A stretch of 62,862 nucleotides of DNA, counting the filler. It is 4 parts of 4 records of this genome, joined end to end, with 100 filler letters (N's around TTAATTAATTAA, not from the genome) between each part and the next. Parts side by side here need not be neighbours in the genome. Positions count along the whole stretch, not along the records: positions 1 to 15,652 come from SRR2962707_4520; positions 15,753 to 34,701 come from SRR2962707_4523; 2 more parts are not named here. One strand, written 5' to 3'. The translations under genes were made by a program, and so were the position numbers. The notes beneath the pieces were generated by a model that worked only from the letters and a program-made list of their open reading frames with translations, made no database searches and was not told where the DNA came from. Positions 10,088 through 20,600 of the stretch are shown here, piece by piece (positions within the stretch are counted from its first letter, which is position 1; every line of letters starts with the position of its first letter).

Positions 10088-10355
10088 AGAGCGCTTCATG
10101 ATCGGATTGGCCCATTCTGCCAGACCGGTTTGGTTCAAGGTCATGGGGTTTGGCGAAAGCCGTACAAAGGTACGGTCGAGCCGAAGCCCGCCGGTATTGG
10201 GCCAAACCGGTCTGGCCCTTCGGGTTTCCGCATGGCGGACGCCCACTTTGTCAGGCGCCTTCGGACGATGCACCACATCGCCCTTGCCCCCTTCCGCGTG
10301 GATCATCTCGCCAGGCGAGAAACAGAATTGTGTCAATCCGGTCATGACGCGCTCT
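10088..10355. mobile_element. MITE/RIME-like palindromic intergenic element (268 bp)
   Basis: Imperfect terminal inverted repeats 10088-10119 and 10323-10355 (28/33 identical), a perfect internal 15-bp IR (10119-10133 / 10202-10216) and further nested hairpins. AGAGCG...CGCTCT ends; no transposase. Confidence 0.7.
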
Positions 10356-11604
10356 AATGCAAATTCGCCTGGGCGCCATGCCCGGTTTCATCGATCTGGT
10401 AGCCGCGCGAAAACCGGTCGAGCCGGAAGGCCTTGGCCAACTCATGCGTCTCGCCGGTGGCCAGCAGATGCGCAAAACACCAGCCCGAAGCCGGCGTCGC
10501 CTTGAAGCCGCCATAGCACCAGCCGCAATTGAGATAGAGGTCTTCCACCGGCGTCTTGTCGATGATCGGCGAGCCATCCATCGACATGTCCATCACCCCG
10601 CCCCAGGCGCGCAGCACTTTCACGCGGGACACAGCAGGCACCATGGCGCAGGCCGCTTCCATCACGCTTTCCACCGTCGCCAGATTGCCGCGCTGGGCGT
10701 AAGAATTGTACAGATCCAGACTCCCGCCAAACACCAGCCCGCCCTTGTCCGACTGCGACATGTAAAACAGCGCCGCGCCAAAGGTCACCACCTGGTCGAT
10801 GAAGGGTTTGAGCCCTTCAGACACAAATGCCTGCAGCACCTGGCTTTCCACCGGCAGCCGCATCCCGGCCATTTCCGCCACCCGGCCCGAATTGCCCGCC
10901 GCCGCCAACCCAAGCTTGTTGCAGCCGATAAAGCCGCGCGAGGTCTCCACGCCAACCACCTTGCCGCCCTTGCGACGAATGCCGGTGACTTCGCAATTCT
11001 GGATCAGATCCACCCCGCGGCTGTCCGCCGCCCGCGCATAGCCCCAGGCCACGCCGTCATGCCGCGCGGTGCCGCCGCGCCGCTGCAGAAGCCCGCCATG
11101 CACCGGAAACCGCGCATTGTCGAAATCGAGATATGGCACCATCTCGCGCACTTCCTCGCGCCCCAAAAGCTCCGCATCCTCGCCCGCCAGCCGCATCGCA
11201 TTGCCGCGCCGCGCATAGGCGTCGCGCTGCCCGTCGGAGTGATAGAGATTGATCACCCCGCGCTGCGACATCATCGCGTTGAAATTCAACTCCTGCTCGA
11301 GGCCCTCCCACAGCTTCAGCGAATGCGCAAAAAACGGCTCGTTGCCCTCAAGCAGATAATTGGCCCGCACAATCGTGGTGTTGCGCCCGACATTGCCCGA
11401 GCCGAGATAGCCCTTCTCCAGCACAGCCACATTGGTGATGCCGTGGTTTTTCGCCAGATAATAGGCGGTGGCCAACCCATGCCCGCCGCCGCCGACTATG
11501 ATCACGTCATAATGCTTCTTCGGCTCCGGCTCCCGCCACGCCGGCTGCCAGTTTTTGTTGCCCGACAGCGCCTGCCGGAAGATTGAATATGCGGAATATT
11601 TCAT
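10354..11604 (-). CDS. soxB: Sarcosine oxidase beta subunit (FAD)
   Basis: YDVIIVGGGGHGLATAYYLAK, GNVGRNTTIVRANY, GTARHDGVAWGYARAA and GWCYGGFKATP. Confidence 0.95.
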   Translation of the reverse strand: MKYSAYSIFRQALSGNKNWQPAWREPEPKKHYDVIIVGGGGHGLATAYYLAKNHGITNVAVLEKGYLGSGNVGRNTTIVRANYLLEGNEPFFAHSLKLWEGLEQELNFNAMMSQRGVINLYHSDGQRDAYARRGNAMRLAGEDAELLGREEVREMVPYLDFDNARFPVHGGLLQRRGGTARHDGVAWGYARAADSRGVDLIQNCEVTGIRRKGGKVVGVETSRGFIGCNKLGLAAAGNSGRVAEMAGMRLPVESQVLQAFVSEGLKPFIDQVVTFGAALFYMSQSDKGGLVFGGSLDLYNSYAQRGNLATVESVMEAACAMVPAVSRVKVLRAWGGVMDMSMDGSPIIDKTPVEDLYLNCGWCYGGFKATPASGWCFAHLLATGETHELAKAFRLDRFSRGYQIDETGHGAQANLH

Positions 11605-11728
11605 GCGCCACGCCCTGCCCCGAATTCATCCGCATAGGAGGGCGCGAGAGGGGCCGGTGTCAATGGCGGGGAGCGACGTTAGCGGGGATTGTTTTGGGGC
11701 GCGGGACGTATATGCGTGACAAACCCGC

Positions 11729-12562
11729 TTAGGCTCGGAAATCCGCTCGAAATGTCTCAGTCGACAACCTTACAAAGCTTTCCAATGGACCCTGCAACTC
11801 AAATGCCCTCGGGCTTTTTCTGAAATCGAAAACTCTAAACAATCGGAATCGCTCGGTTTCCCTTTTCGAAAAATCAAACTCATTGCGACTGATGAAAAAC
11901 GGCGTGGTGTTGCTACCAATCGTTGTCTTGACCTCGATGAACTTCTTTTCCCCACGCCCATCAAAACTCAGAATATCGTACCCGGCACCATCGCCTTCGG
12001 TTTTTGACACCCACCGAACATTTTCGGAGAGATCGGGGCGTTCGATTGAGCGCAAGTATCGTTTTTCATACTCGAGTGCCATTTCCTCACCCGCATCACC
12101 CAAGAGCTTATTCTTTCGGTCACGCTCAACCGGGTCAAACTTACGTACAAGCTTCTCCATATATTCAGGGATAGGCGTTTTCACACTCGCCCTTTCGGGC
12201 GGCGATTCAACAAATAGACTAGCTAGATCCTCGAGCACCTTCGGCTCAGAAATGGTTTCCAACGTTCTAACTCTGTCTTCATGCTCGTTGATTGTTTCGG
12301 CCAAGAGTTTTTGAAAATTGGCCAACGGAGCGAGGCCGGTCAGCCAATCCAACCCCATCTCGTTCAGCACTGCCGATATGTTTTGAAACTTGAATTCGAT
12401 TGAGGAGGCGGTTCGGCCTGTTTGCTGAGCAAGCTCTCGGTACACGTGAGCTTTTATAAAGGGCTCGTTGGCATTTTGCTTCTCAAGCAGATCAAAATAG
12501 TTTGCCACGCAGAGTTGGACCTCTGACCTTGTCCAGTCCGTTCCGCGCAAACCGTCGCTCAC
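11729..12562 (-). CDS. DUF3883 (NO VEIN C-terminal) PD-(D/E)xK nuclease-domain protein
   Basis: C-terminal G(D)AGE...WVSKTEGDGAGYDILSF...FIEVKTT...FFISRNE. N-terminal DWTRSEV...RTASSIEFKFQNISAVL helical domain. Visibly AT-richer than neighbours. Confidence 0.82.
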   Translation of the reverse strand: MSDGLRGTDWTRSEVQLCVANYFDLLEKQNANEPFIKAHVYRELAQQTGRTASSIEFKFQNISAVLNEMGLDWLTGLAPLANFQKLLAETINEHEDRVRTLETISEPKVLEDLASLFVESPPERASVKTPIPEYMEKLVRKFDPVERDRKNKLLGDAGEEMALEYEKRYLRSIERPDLSENVRWVSKTEGDGAGYDILSFDGRGEKKFIEVKTTIGSNTTPFFISRNEFDFSKRETERFRLFRVFDFRKSPRAFELQGPLESFVRLSTETFRADFRA

Positions 12563-12736
12563 TTCAAATCACCAGCCATCCAGGTATGCTCGCTTATGGT
12601 CGTTGATCAGCACATCTTTAACATGTTGATTTTGAAAAACATGGGCCAGCAGATGGATATCTATCGACCATTCCAAATTCCTTGTCAGCCCTTAAAATCA
12701 TTACGGCAGCATGAGTCCTATTATTCGCACGGCGCT

Positions 12737-13426
12737 CTAACCCTCAACAACCCGGTTGAAATCATCCCATTCGAGGGTCTCGCTGGCCGCTCCGGTGCAC
12801 GCAAGCGCGGTACGGTCGAGATTGAGCGCAATGGCCTGACCCAGCCGCGCCAGCTTGACACCGCGCAGCTTGCGCATTGGTCCCGCAAGCAGCGGTGTGA
12901 GCCAGGGCCAGACCGCCAGCGTCAGCGCCTGGCTCACGCCGTAGCGGTTGGCTGGCGTCAGGATCATGCTCGGGTGAAACAGGCTCAGCCGCGCAAAACC
13001 AAGTGCGGACAGCCCGTCTTCCAGTTCACCCTTGCTGCGCAGATAGAAGGATTTCGAAGCGGAATCGGCGCCCACCGAACTCAGCAATTCGAAATGCCCG
13101 ACCTCGGCCTCGAGGCAGGCGCGGCCGAACGCCAGTGGCAGATCGCGGTCGATCCTGAGAAACTGCGCCCGATCTTCCTTTGTCGGCTGGCCGATGCCAA
13201 GTGTGCAGATCGCGTGGCTGTGACCCGGCAACAGATGCCGGTAGCTCTCGGGATCGGAGACATCGACCACATGCTGGCTGATTCTGGCATCGCTTGGTCC
13301 CTGATAAGGCCTGCGCCCGAGCAAGGTGATCCCCGCAACGCTGTCCATGCCAAGCAGCGCCTTGACCACCTCACCGCCGACGGCGCCGGTCGCACCGATC
13401 ATCACCACATGGTTGCCATCGGCCAT
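12737..13426 (-). CDS. NAD(P)-binding atypical SDR (TIP30/CC3/YraR-like)
   Basis: IGATGAVG Rossmann motif, LLSSVGAD and SFYLRSKGELE. AGGAG SD before MADGN. Confidence 0.88.
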   Translation of the reverse strand: MADGNHVVMIGATGAVGGEVVKALLGMDSVAGITLLGRRPYQGPSDARISQHVVDVSDPESYRHLLPGHSHAICTLGIGQPTKEDRAQFLRIDRDLPLAFGRACLEAEVGHFELLSSVGADSASKSFYLRSKGELEDGLSALGFARLSLFHPSMILTPANRYGVSQALTLAVWPWLTPLLAGPMRKLRGVKLARLGQAIALNLDRTALACTGAASETLEWDDFNRVVEG

Positions 13427-13702
13427 TGTTGCACTCCTGTCGACTTTCAGGTTCAACCATAGCCGTCACCCGATGTTCAATAGTGAATATTCATTGTTGT
13501 ATTTGTTACACCATAACAAGGCGCACTGCCCGGGAAATCCGCTTCCCGCGACGAGCCTGATTGCGGCGCGCAGAGCTGCCGCAAGCGCAAGGCTGGCATT
13601 GACCCGCCGGAAGCCAGGCCGTTACATAGGTGCATCTGAATATTTCCCCCGGCTCCCGCGCAGACTTGCTCGCGAGACAACCGGGCCAGTGAGGAGAAAA
13701 CG

Positions 13703-14314
13703 ATGTCCCGCATGATGGCTCTCATATCAGCAATGTGGCTGCTGCTTGGATCAGGCACTGCCTTCGCCGCAGACGACAAGAAGGAGGTCAATATCCGGCC
13801 CGACATCGCCGGTGTCGAGGTGCAGACGCCTGACGGCCCGGTGACCATCGAACGCATTCAGGACACCGAGCACGAGATCACCGGCTATTTCGCCAAGACC
13901 TCGCGCGCCTGTCCGCCGTTCTGCATTCAGCCGGCAAAGGTCGCCGAGGGCGTCGCCACCATTGGCGAGCTGGAACTGCTGGACATGCTGGCTGACGAGA
14001 CGGCAATAGTGGTCGACGCCCGCACGGTCGACTGGCACGCCGAGGAAACCATTCCCGGCGCGCTCAACATTCCCTACACCGAAATCGCCGGACGTCTGGA
14101 TGAACTGGGCTGCGTGGGCAGCAGCGGAGCCTGGGACTGCACGAATGCCAAAAGCGTTGCGCTCTATTGCAACGGGTTGTGGTGCGGCCAGTCCCCCACC
14201 GCCATCCGCGCCATGCTGCGCGAAACCTATCCTGCCGACCGCATCTCCTATTATCGCGGCGGCCTGCAGGCCTGGAAGATCCTCGGCCTGACCACGGTCG
14301 AAGGCGGACTGTGA
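13703..14314 (+). CDS. Exported rhodanese-like domain protein
   Basis: Signal peptide (…TAFA), CPPFCIQP, VDAR, TIPGALNIP, active-site YCNGLWCGQS and YYRGGLQAW. GAGGAG SD. Confidence 0.88.
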   Translation: MSRMMALISAMWLLLGSGTAFAADDKKEVNIRPDIAGVEVQTPDGPVTIERIQDTEHEITGYFAKTSRACPPFCIQPAKVAEGVATIGELELLDMLADETAIVVDARTVDWHAEETIPGALNIPYTEIAGRLDELGCVGSSGAWDCTNAKSVALYCNGLWCGQSPTAIRAMLRETYPADRISYYRGGLQAWKILGLTTVEGGL

Positions 14315-14353
14315 GGCATCACAGGATCGGGCGGCACAGTGCGCCGGCAGAGA

Positions 14354-15304
14354 TCAATCGTCGATGATCGCGCCAAGCCGGAGCACAAGTTTCCGGTCGA
14401 ATTGATGATCGCGCGCGAACATCCAGGCGATGGCATCGGCCACGCCCCGGTCACTTTTTCCGGGACGGGCTGTTGTCAGCTTGTCAAAGGCATCACACAC
14501 CGTGGCAATGCGCACCAGCTGGCTGATGTCGGATGCGGACTTTCCGGAAGGGTAGCCGCTGCCGTCCAGCGCTTCATGATGATGCAGACAGACATCAAGC
14601 ACCTCGTCGGGAACAATGACATGTCTTTTCAGCAGATGGTGTCCGCGCTGCGGATGGCTTCGCAGCAACTTGCGTTCCACGGCCGTCAGGGGCCCCTGTT
14701 TTTGCAGGATATTTTTCGAGAGGGTCAGCTTGCCGACATCGTGTAACAGGCCGGAAAGAACCAGCAGTGCGACGGTTTCCGTGTCCAGCTCCAGGGCGGT
14801 GCCCAGCTTGCCCATCAGAATGCCGACGGCCAGCGAATGCTGGAACAGGACCTCGTCCTTTTGCCGGAATCGGGTAAGGTCATAAAACAGCGAGGTTGTT
14901 TCATTGTCCGCCTGGCCAATGTCCTCCACCACCTTTGTCAGCTTCTCCATGTCCAGGGCGCCACCGACGACAATATTGATCAGCTCCGATTTGAGAGCCT
15001 TGATCGAACGCGTCAGTGTGGCTGCTGCTTCAGCGCGTTTTTCGGCGCGGGTGAGTGGCCGTTTTCCGATCTGCAGCTCGGCTTCAGTGCCGATCGTGGT
15101 GTTGATCACCACAAATTCCGCCGGACTCTCTTGTATTGCGACGTAATCCTTGTGCGAATTCAGCAGGAAACGGCGCTTGCCGAACGCCGCCGCGGAGCAT
15201 TCGACTGCTTCGACAAACATGCCTTTGCGGATTTCGGCCTTGGGAACACGTGTGAGCATCATACAACCTGGATCTGGAATTTTTGCATATCCGGTTACGA
15301 TCAT
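14354..15304 (-). CDS. HD-GYP domain protein with DUF3391-like N-terminus (putative c-di-GMP phosphodiesterase)
   Basis: IRKGMFV N-terminus; HS, LLHDVGK, HHHEALDGSGYP and VCDAFD. Start uncertain (may be ~15262). Confidence 0.88.
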   Translation of the reverse strand: MIVTGYAKIPDPGCMMLTRVPKAEIRKGMFVEAVECSAAAFGKRRFLLNSHKDYVAIQESPAEFVVINTTIGTEAELQIGKRPLTRAEKRAEAAATLTRSIKALKSELINIVVGGALDMEKLTKVVEDIGQADNETTSLFYDLTRFRQKDEVLFQHSLAVGILMGKLGTALELDTETVALLVLSGLLHDVGKLTLSKNILQKQGPLTAVERKLLRSHPQRGHHLLKRHVIVPDEVLDVCLHHHEALDGSGYPSGKSASDISQLVRIATVCDAFDKLTTARPGKSDRGVADAIAWMFARDHQFDRKLVLRLGAIIDD

Positions 15305-15395
15305 ATGGCGCAGCTATTGCGAAAGCTTAAAGTTTTACCGATTTTTTCCCGCAGGCCAGTTCTCCGACAGCTTGCCCCATCCGCCCCCGCTCATG

Positions 15396-15423
15396 AAAAA
15401 GGCGGACCGCCTGGCCCGCCTTG
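15396..15423 (-). terminator. Probable intrinsic terminator after gcdH
   Basis: AAGGCGG...CCGCCTT stem followed by a T-run on the minus strand. Confidence 0.6.
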
Positions 15424-15450
15424 AAAATCATCGCGATGGCGTTGAACCGT

Positions 15451-15652
15451 TCAGAAAAACGCCTGAATGCCGGTCTGCGCACGCCCAAGGATCAGCGCAT
15501 GAACGTCGTGCGTGCCCTCATAGGTGTTGACGGTTTCCAGGTTCTGCGCGTGGCGCATGACGTGGTATTCGGCCTGGATGCCGTTGCCGCCATGCATGTC
15601 GCGCGACATCCGGGCAATATCCAGCGCCTTGCCGCAATTGTTGCGCTTCATG
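15451..15652 (-). CDS. gcdH: Glutaryl-CoA dehydrogenase, 3' fragment (contig edge)
   Basis: [13 protein letters not shown]...DMHGGNGI...[29 protein letters not shown]. Confidence 0.9.
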
Positions 15653-15752
15653 NNNNNNNNNNNNNNNNNNNNNNNNNNNNNNNNNNNNNNNNNNNNTTAA
15701 TTAATTAANNNNNNNNNNNNNNNNNNNNNNNNNNNNNNNNNNNNNNNNNNNN
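15653..15752. other. Artificial contig spacer
   Basis: N44 + TTAATTAATTAA (stops in all six frames) + N44. Confidence 0.98.
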
Positions 15753-15778
15753 GTGTGTGTGTGTGTGTGTGTGTGTGT
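15753..15778. repeat. (GT)13 microsatellite at contig start
   Basis: Read directly from the sequence. Confidence 0.95.
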
Positions 15779-15810
15779 TCTATTGAGGTTGCACCTGTGT
15801 GCGTCTCACC

Positions 15811-17354
15811 ATGTCGTGGTGCACCATTGAGAGTGACCCTGGGGTCTTCACAGAGCTTGTTGAGACACTTGGGGTCCAGGATGTCGAATTTCGTGAGTTA
15901 GTGACGTTGGATCCCGAAGACTTTGCTCGGATGGGGACTGTGCACGGCGTCGTCTTTTTGTTCAAGTGGAGAGAAGAAGATTACACGGCTGAAGCCATCC
16001 AAGCTTCTGGTTCATATGACCACTCTGAGTCGATCTTTTTCGCAAAACAGACAGTCAACAACGCCTGCGCGACGCAAGCCATTATCAACGCCCTTCTAAA
16101 TGTAGAGACAGTCAAAGACGTGGGACCAACTCTGTCCGAATTCCGTGGTTTTGCAGGCGCTCTCCCCCCTGTTCGTGCTGTCGATTGTTACGATTTGCTC
16201 TGTGCATGCAAGTTATGTGGCGGCTTTGATTTCCCACGATTTTGCCTTGGCCACAGAACCGCGTTTGATTGGTTGTTGGCTTGGAAATGGTGGTGAAATC
16301 TGAACAGGACCTTCGGGGCGATTGCATCGGTAACAATGATACGATTAGAAAGACACACAACAGTTTCACGATGCCAGATCCATTTGTTTCAGAGGAGAAG
16401 CGTGCCCGTGATGATGATGACGATGACGTGTTTCACTTCGTGTCCTTTGTTCCCATCGAAGGCAAACTGTACGAATTGGATGGACTTAAACAAGCTCCCG
16501 TCCTAATTGGTCCGATCGAGGAAGGCCAGGTAAGATCGAATGTGTGTATGTGTCGTTGCCTGGAAAAGAAGCAAGCAATTGCGTGAATTTGTAGCTATGT
16601 TTGTTGCTTTTTGCATGAAATATATGATGCGTTACTCTGTTGTGATTGCTGTGCGTTCTCGTGTGTGCACAAAAGCCCTGGTATCATACTCTCAGCCGGC
16701 ATCTTCAAGCGCGCATCGCCAGGTTCGCGGGTGAGAGCATTAAGTTCAATCTGATGGCGATGACCGGCAATCAACTCGCAGCTGCCACGGGCGAGCTTGC
16801 CGCTGTTGAAGCCAAAATTGCTGCTGAAAGTAACGAAGAAGCGTTGGGAGAGTTGCAACTCCAGAAATCTGCGTTGGCATCGGCCGTGGCCGACCAGGAG
16901 GCCGAGCGCGCACGTTGGCAAGCGGAGAATCGGCGACGCCGACACAACTACGTCCCGTTTGCCATGCGCCTACTGGTTTGTACCCGTTGAAGTCAGCAAC
17001 TCCATGCTTTTGGTCCTGGTTTTCCATTGACACCGTTGCTCGTGTTGTGGCCATGTCTTGCAACTGCGATGCTACTGCTTGCGCTTGAATATCCAGAGTT
17101 TGCTCGCCGAAAGCGGCGATCTCCAGGTTTGTCAATATTGATTGCATTCTTGTTGCTGCACGCATGCCATCAGCACCCAAGCCAGTGGCACCGCACTCAT
17201 TGAGCCGTAATGTAATTTTGTCATTGATTGCTTTTTCTTGGGTGCTTAGTCTTGTTATGACGATGCGGAGAAAAAGGTTCGAGCACGTCACGAAGCAGCT
17301 GCCGCAGAGAAGGCGAAGCACAAAGAAGCCGAGACATCAGGGGCCTCGAACTAA
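15811..17354 (+). CDS. UCHL5: Ubiquitin C-terminal hydrolase UCH37/UCHL5, spliced: 15811-16170, 16308-16529, 16676-16975, 17097-17126, 17250-17354 (338 aa)
   Basis: MSWCTIESDPGVFTEL, catalytic QTVNNACATQA, FHFVSFVP...LYELDGLK, IKFNLMA and ENRRRRHNYVPF. Four GT...AG introns keep the frame. Confidence 0.92.
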
Positions 17355-17654
17355 CCGATTTAAAGTCTTTTACATGACGCAGCGCACTTGCGGATACTGT
17401 TTATGTTCAACTTGATGTGCAGACCTTGTTGGAGCATCGTGGTTTGCACATCAACAAAAATTGGTGTTTCGGTGTTTCGAATGAACGCAGTCATGTTGAA
17501 GTGCAACATACTGGTTTCATAAGTGTCATAAAATTAGTGTATTCGCACTGTGACCATGCTTGGGTGATTGCGCAACCGATTCAAGCGAACAGTGGACATC
17601 TGAGTCGCAGCGAACGGCGATGGGTCCTAAACAATTCCACGATGACATCGTAGC

Positions 17655-20600
17655 CTATATTGTCGCGCCTCCAGACGACCGTCCTACAATCTCCTGAAGT
17701 TGCCGCAGCTGGTCCTGAATAAAAGCAGCATCAGAGCCCCGGTGCAAAGCTCCAGAACCCATGGCGACTCCTAAGCGGTCGCGAACCTAACCACAGAAGT
17801 AAGCAAATCCATGCGTGAGGCTTGACAAAAAACGGCATGCGTTACGTCCAGGTATCCGATGCGCCACGTACCCGCTCAATGGAAGCCGCATCCGGGGTTG
17901 TGCCCGTCATGCCAACAGCACTGCGCCGCGGAAGTGGGAAGCGTAACCGATGATTCAGCGATTCGTCGAAAAATCGAATATGTGCCACGTACACGGCAAG
18001 GGCAATACCAATACACCTCACCATTTCCGCTTCGCACAGGCGCCACTGAAGCGCGCGATCCCCTCCCATACCCTCAACAATAGCATGGACACCCTCAGTG
18101 CGACGCAACACCAAAATTTCTGCTGTCCGAACAATAATATTTTCAACCGCAGCTAACGAGAAAGAAGCTCCGTCACTCCCAGCCCCAGCTACGTGGGCAG
18201 CGGGGGCTCCATGCAATTCACCAAAACCATTGCCGTCATGACCAGCATATGACTGTCCGCTGTTGAGTCTGCTTACATCATCATTGTAGTCACTGTACTC
18301 GGCATCATGGAATTCGGGTTGACGGAACAGCACACGCCGCTCATCCTCCTCCATTGTGCCGGGCTTAAACCACGGATGAGCAAGACGCCGCACCGACAAG
18401 GTAGCACCGGTCGCAGCCTCCGAACTCTGTCTGTACAGACAGAAAAGAAGAAGATTGCGCAAAATTTCGTATTCTGTTGTGATGGTGTCCACGGGGTCGG
18501 CCGCACCGTCGGCAGCGCCGTTCAAAGACTGAGATGTTCGTAAATATTCGTTCGCACGGATACGATCAAGACTGTACTGATGAAAAGCTTTCAGCAATCG
18601 AAGCGCCAACCACTGCAGTTCTCGCATCAAAGAGTTGGCTCGGGCCCATGAAAAGGAGCCAGTTGTTTCAGTGGATGACCCATAGCCGGGAGGAACGTGG
18701 TGAAACATTTGCGCCACTACCATCAACGTGGTTGTGAGCATATGAATGTCGTCTAATCGCCTCAAAGGGTAGTGAAACGGCAGACTTCCGTGAGCACTGG
18801 TTTGAGATCCATATCGACTGGGCAAGCGCTGAGTTGCCATCAAAAGGCGACGCCGCTTGGCAAAGTCAAGGAAGTCTTTTATCGTGGACTTGATGGAGAG
18901 TTGGTACCGTTTTTTAAGGAGTGCCATTGAGGGGCGCAACAAGACTTGCGGTTGCGCTCGACACGGCACAATTTGCGCCACTGCGCAGAAGAGCCGAAGC
19001 ACTCCACGAGTAATGCGTCGAAAATTCGCCTTGCCGGTCCATCGCATTTCGTCGTTGGTTGAGTGGCTGGAAGCATCCAGCCCCAAAGGTGCACTCTGGC
19101 CATCGTCTTCTTGCTGGTGAAGGTGTGCCGTTGCCGGGTCCACCCCCGACAGCGCACCGAATAAATTCAACTCGACCATCGTGCGCACGCAATCTTCTTG
19201 TGAAATCGGTCGTACCACAAAGCATGACACTCCTTGATCAGGATCGTCCTCATTGCCGGAGGGGAACGTCTGAAAGCGCTGCTGTGCAAGTGTCAACAGC
19301 ATGTACCTAAATTTGTCGAAAAATCAATTGTGAATGAAACAGCTCTCTTGCACTCCATTCATTCATTGATAGCGGCCACCAAGTTCACGCACACGAGAGC
19401 AACCGCGTTGGCCACCCAAGCCTCCCGATTCGTGGCATTGATTTGCGCGGCCAACGGGTTTTGCAGCTTGGCGCGTAAACGGCCACCCTCAACTGAGGCA
19501 GCTTGCGGAAAAGTGGCCGTGGTCAAGGCAAGCTGCCTTCGAACTGCGCTGGCAGGTTGCGGCTATAGTACGGGACACAATACGAAACACACCTCCGAAT
19601 TAGCAGATAAAAACTTTGACAAAGACTAAACGTATCAAGTGTTTAGCAATAAACTGACACAATGTCTTGCCACGAACCTCGCCTTGCGCACTGGGATACC
19701 ACAGAATGGCCAGCATGTTTGCCAGCTGAGAGAGCATCACTGCGAGAAAGCCTCCGTCTCGCAGGTACATTACCCAGTGCTCGCTGTGATCGACTTGAAA
19801 CAATTGGGATAGAGTTACTAAAGCACACGAACGATACTCAACAGGCCTGAGATTAAAATGCAACCGCGAATGCAGACATGCACGGCGGTTAGCAAATGTC
19901 GAAAGCTTGTGGGCAGCACAAAAAAAGCAGAGAAGAAAAAGGGGTCGTACCCTTTCAGCGCGTCGTCGAGCAGCTGTTCGTACATGCTGTGGTGAGTGTC
20001 ACGAAGCAGACGATAAATGGTAAGCCTGGCCCGACGTTGCCTACGGAGCTCAAGGCTGAAAGCGCCCTGCTGAAGATCGTCATCGTTAGGCACAGCTGCC
20101 CGGAGAGATTGTTGCAGCGAGACATACAGACTATGACGGGCCTCAGCTGACGTTGCCTGCCCGTGGCGCATCTGCAACAGCAGGTCAGATTGACGCGCGC
20201 CCAGACAGTGTTGGGTGTCCCCATTCGCAGTTGTGTCTTGTGTACTGGAAAACCCACTCGCCCACAGATTGCACAACTCAGGCTTTTGATGGGGCAACAG
20301 GCATACAACAATCATTGGGACGGCTTCCAAGGCAAATTCAACGGCTTCGTCGGTTCCCAACACATTGTTCGAGCTTGGTGACGACGTCGACGCCTGGCCA
20401 GGCGCTGATGCGTTTGTGGCAGTGTGGTGCAAGACGTGGTCAATACAAGCCGACGCCAAGCGTGCCAGATTACTATCCACTCCACGCTCCACAGCCGACG
20501 CTGCGCCTTGCACATACAGCCGGTGAAGGAAAAAGAGTGTTTTGCGAAGTAACATTCGTGCCATCGTGATGCCAGATTCCCACCGATCAAGTCGCAAGTA

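Noticed and set aside
10061..10345. 94-aa ORF between soxB and soxD as an extra subunit
   Set aside because: It coincides with the palindromic element and has no recognisable domain; it is better explained as non-coding.
12596..13462. 288-aa plus-strand ORF
   Set aside because: Antisense to the SDR gene, which has clear motifs and an SD.
15697..15708. TTAATTAATTAA repeated three times in the window
   Set aside because: Assembly linker embedded in Ns, not biological.
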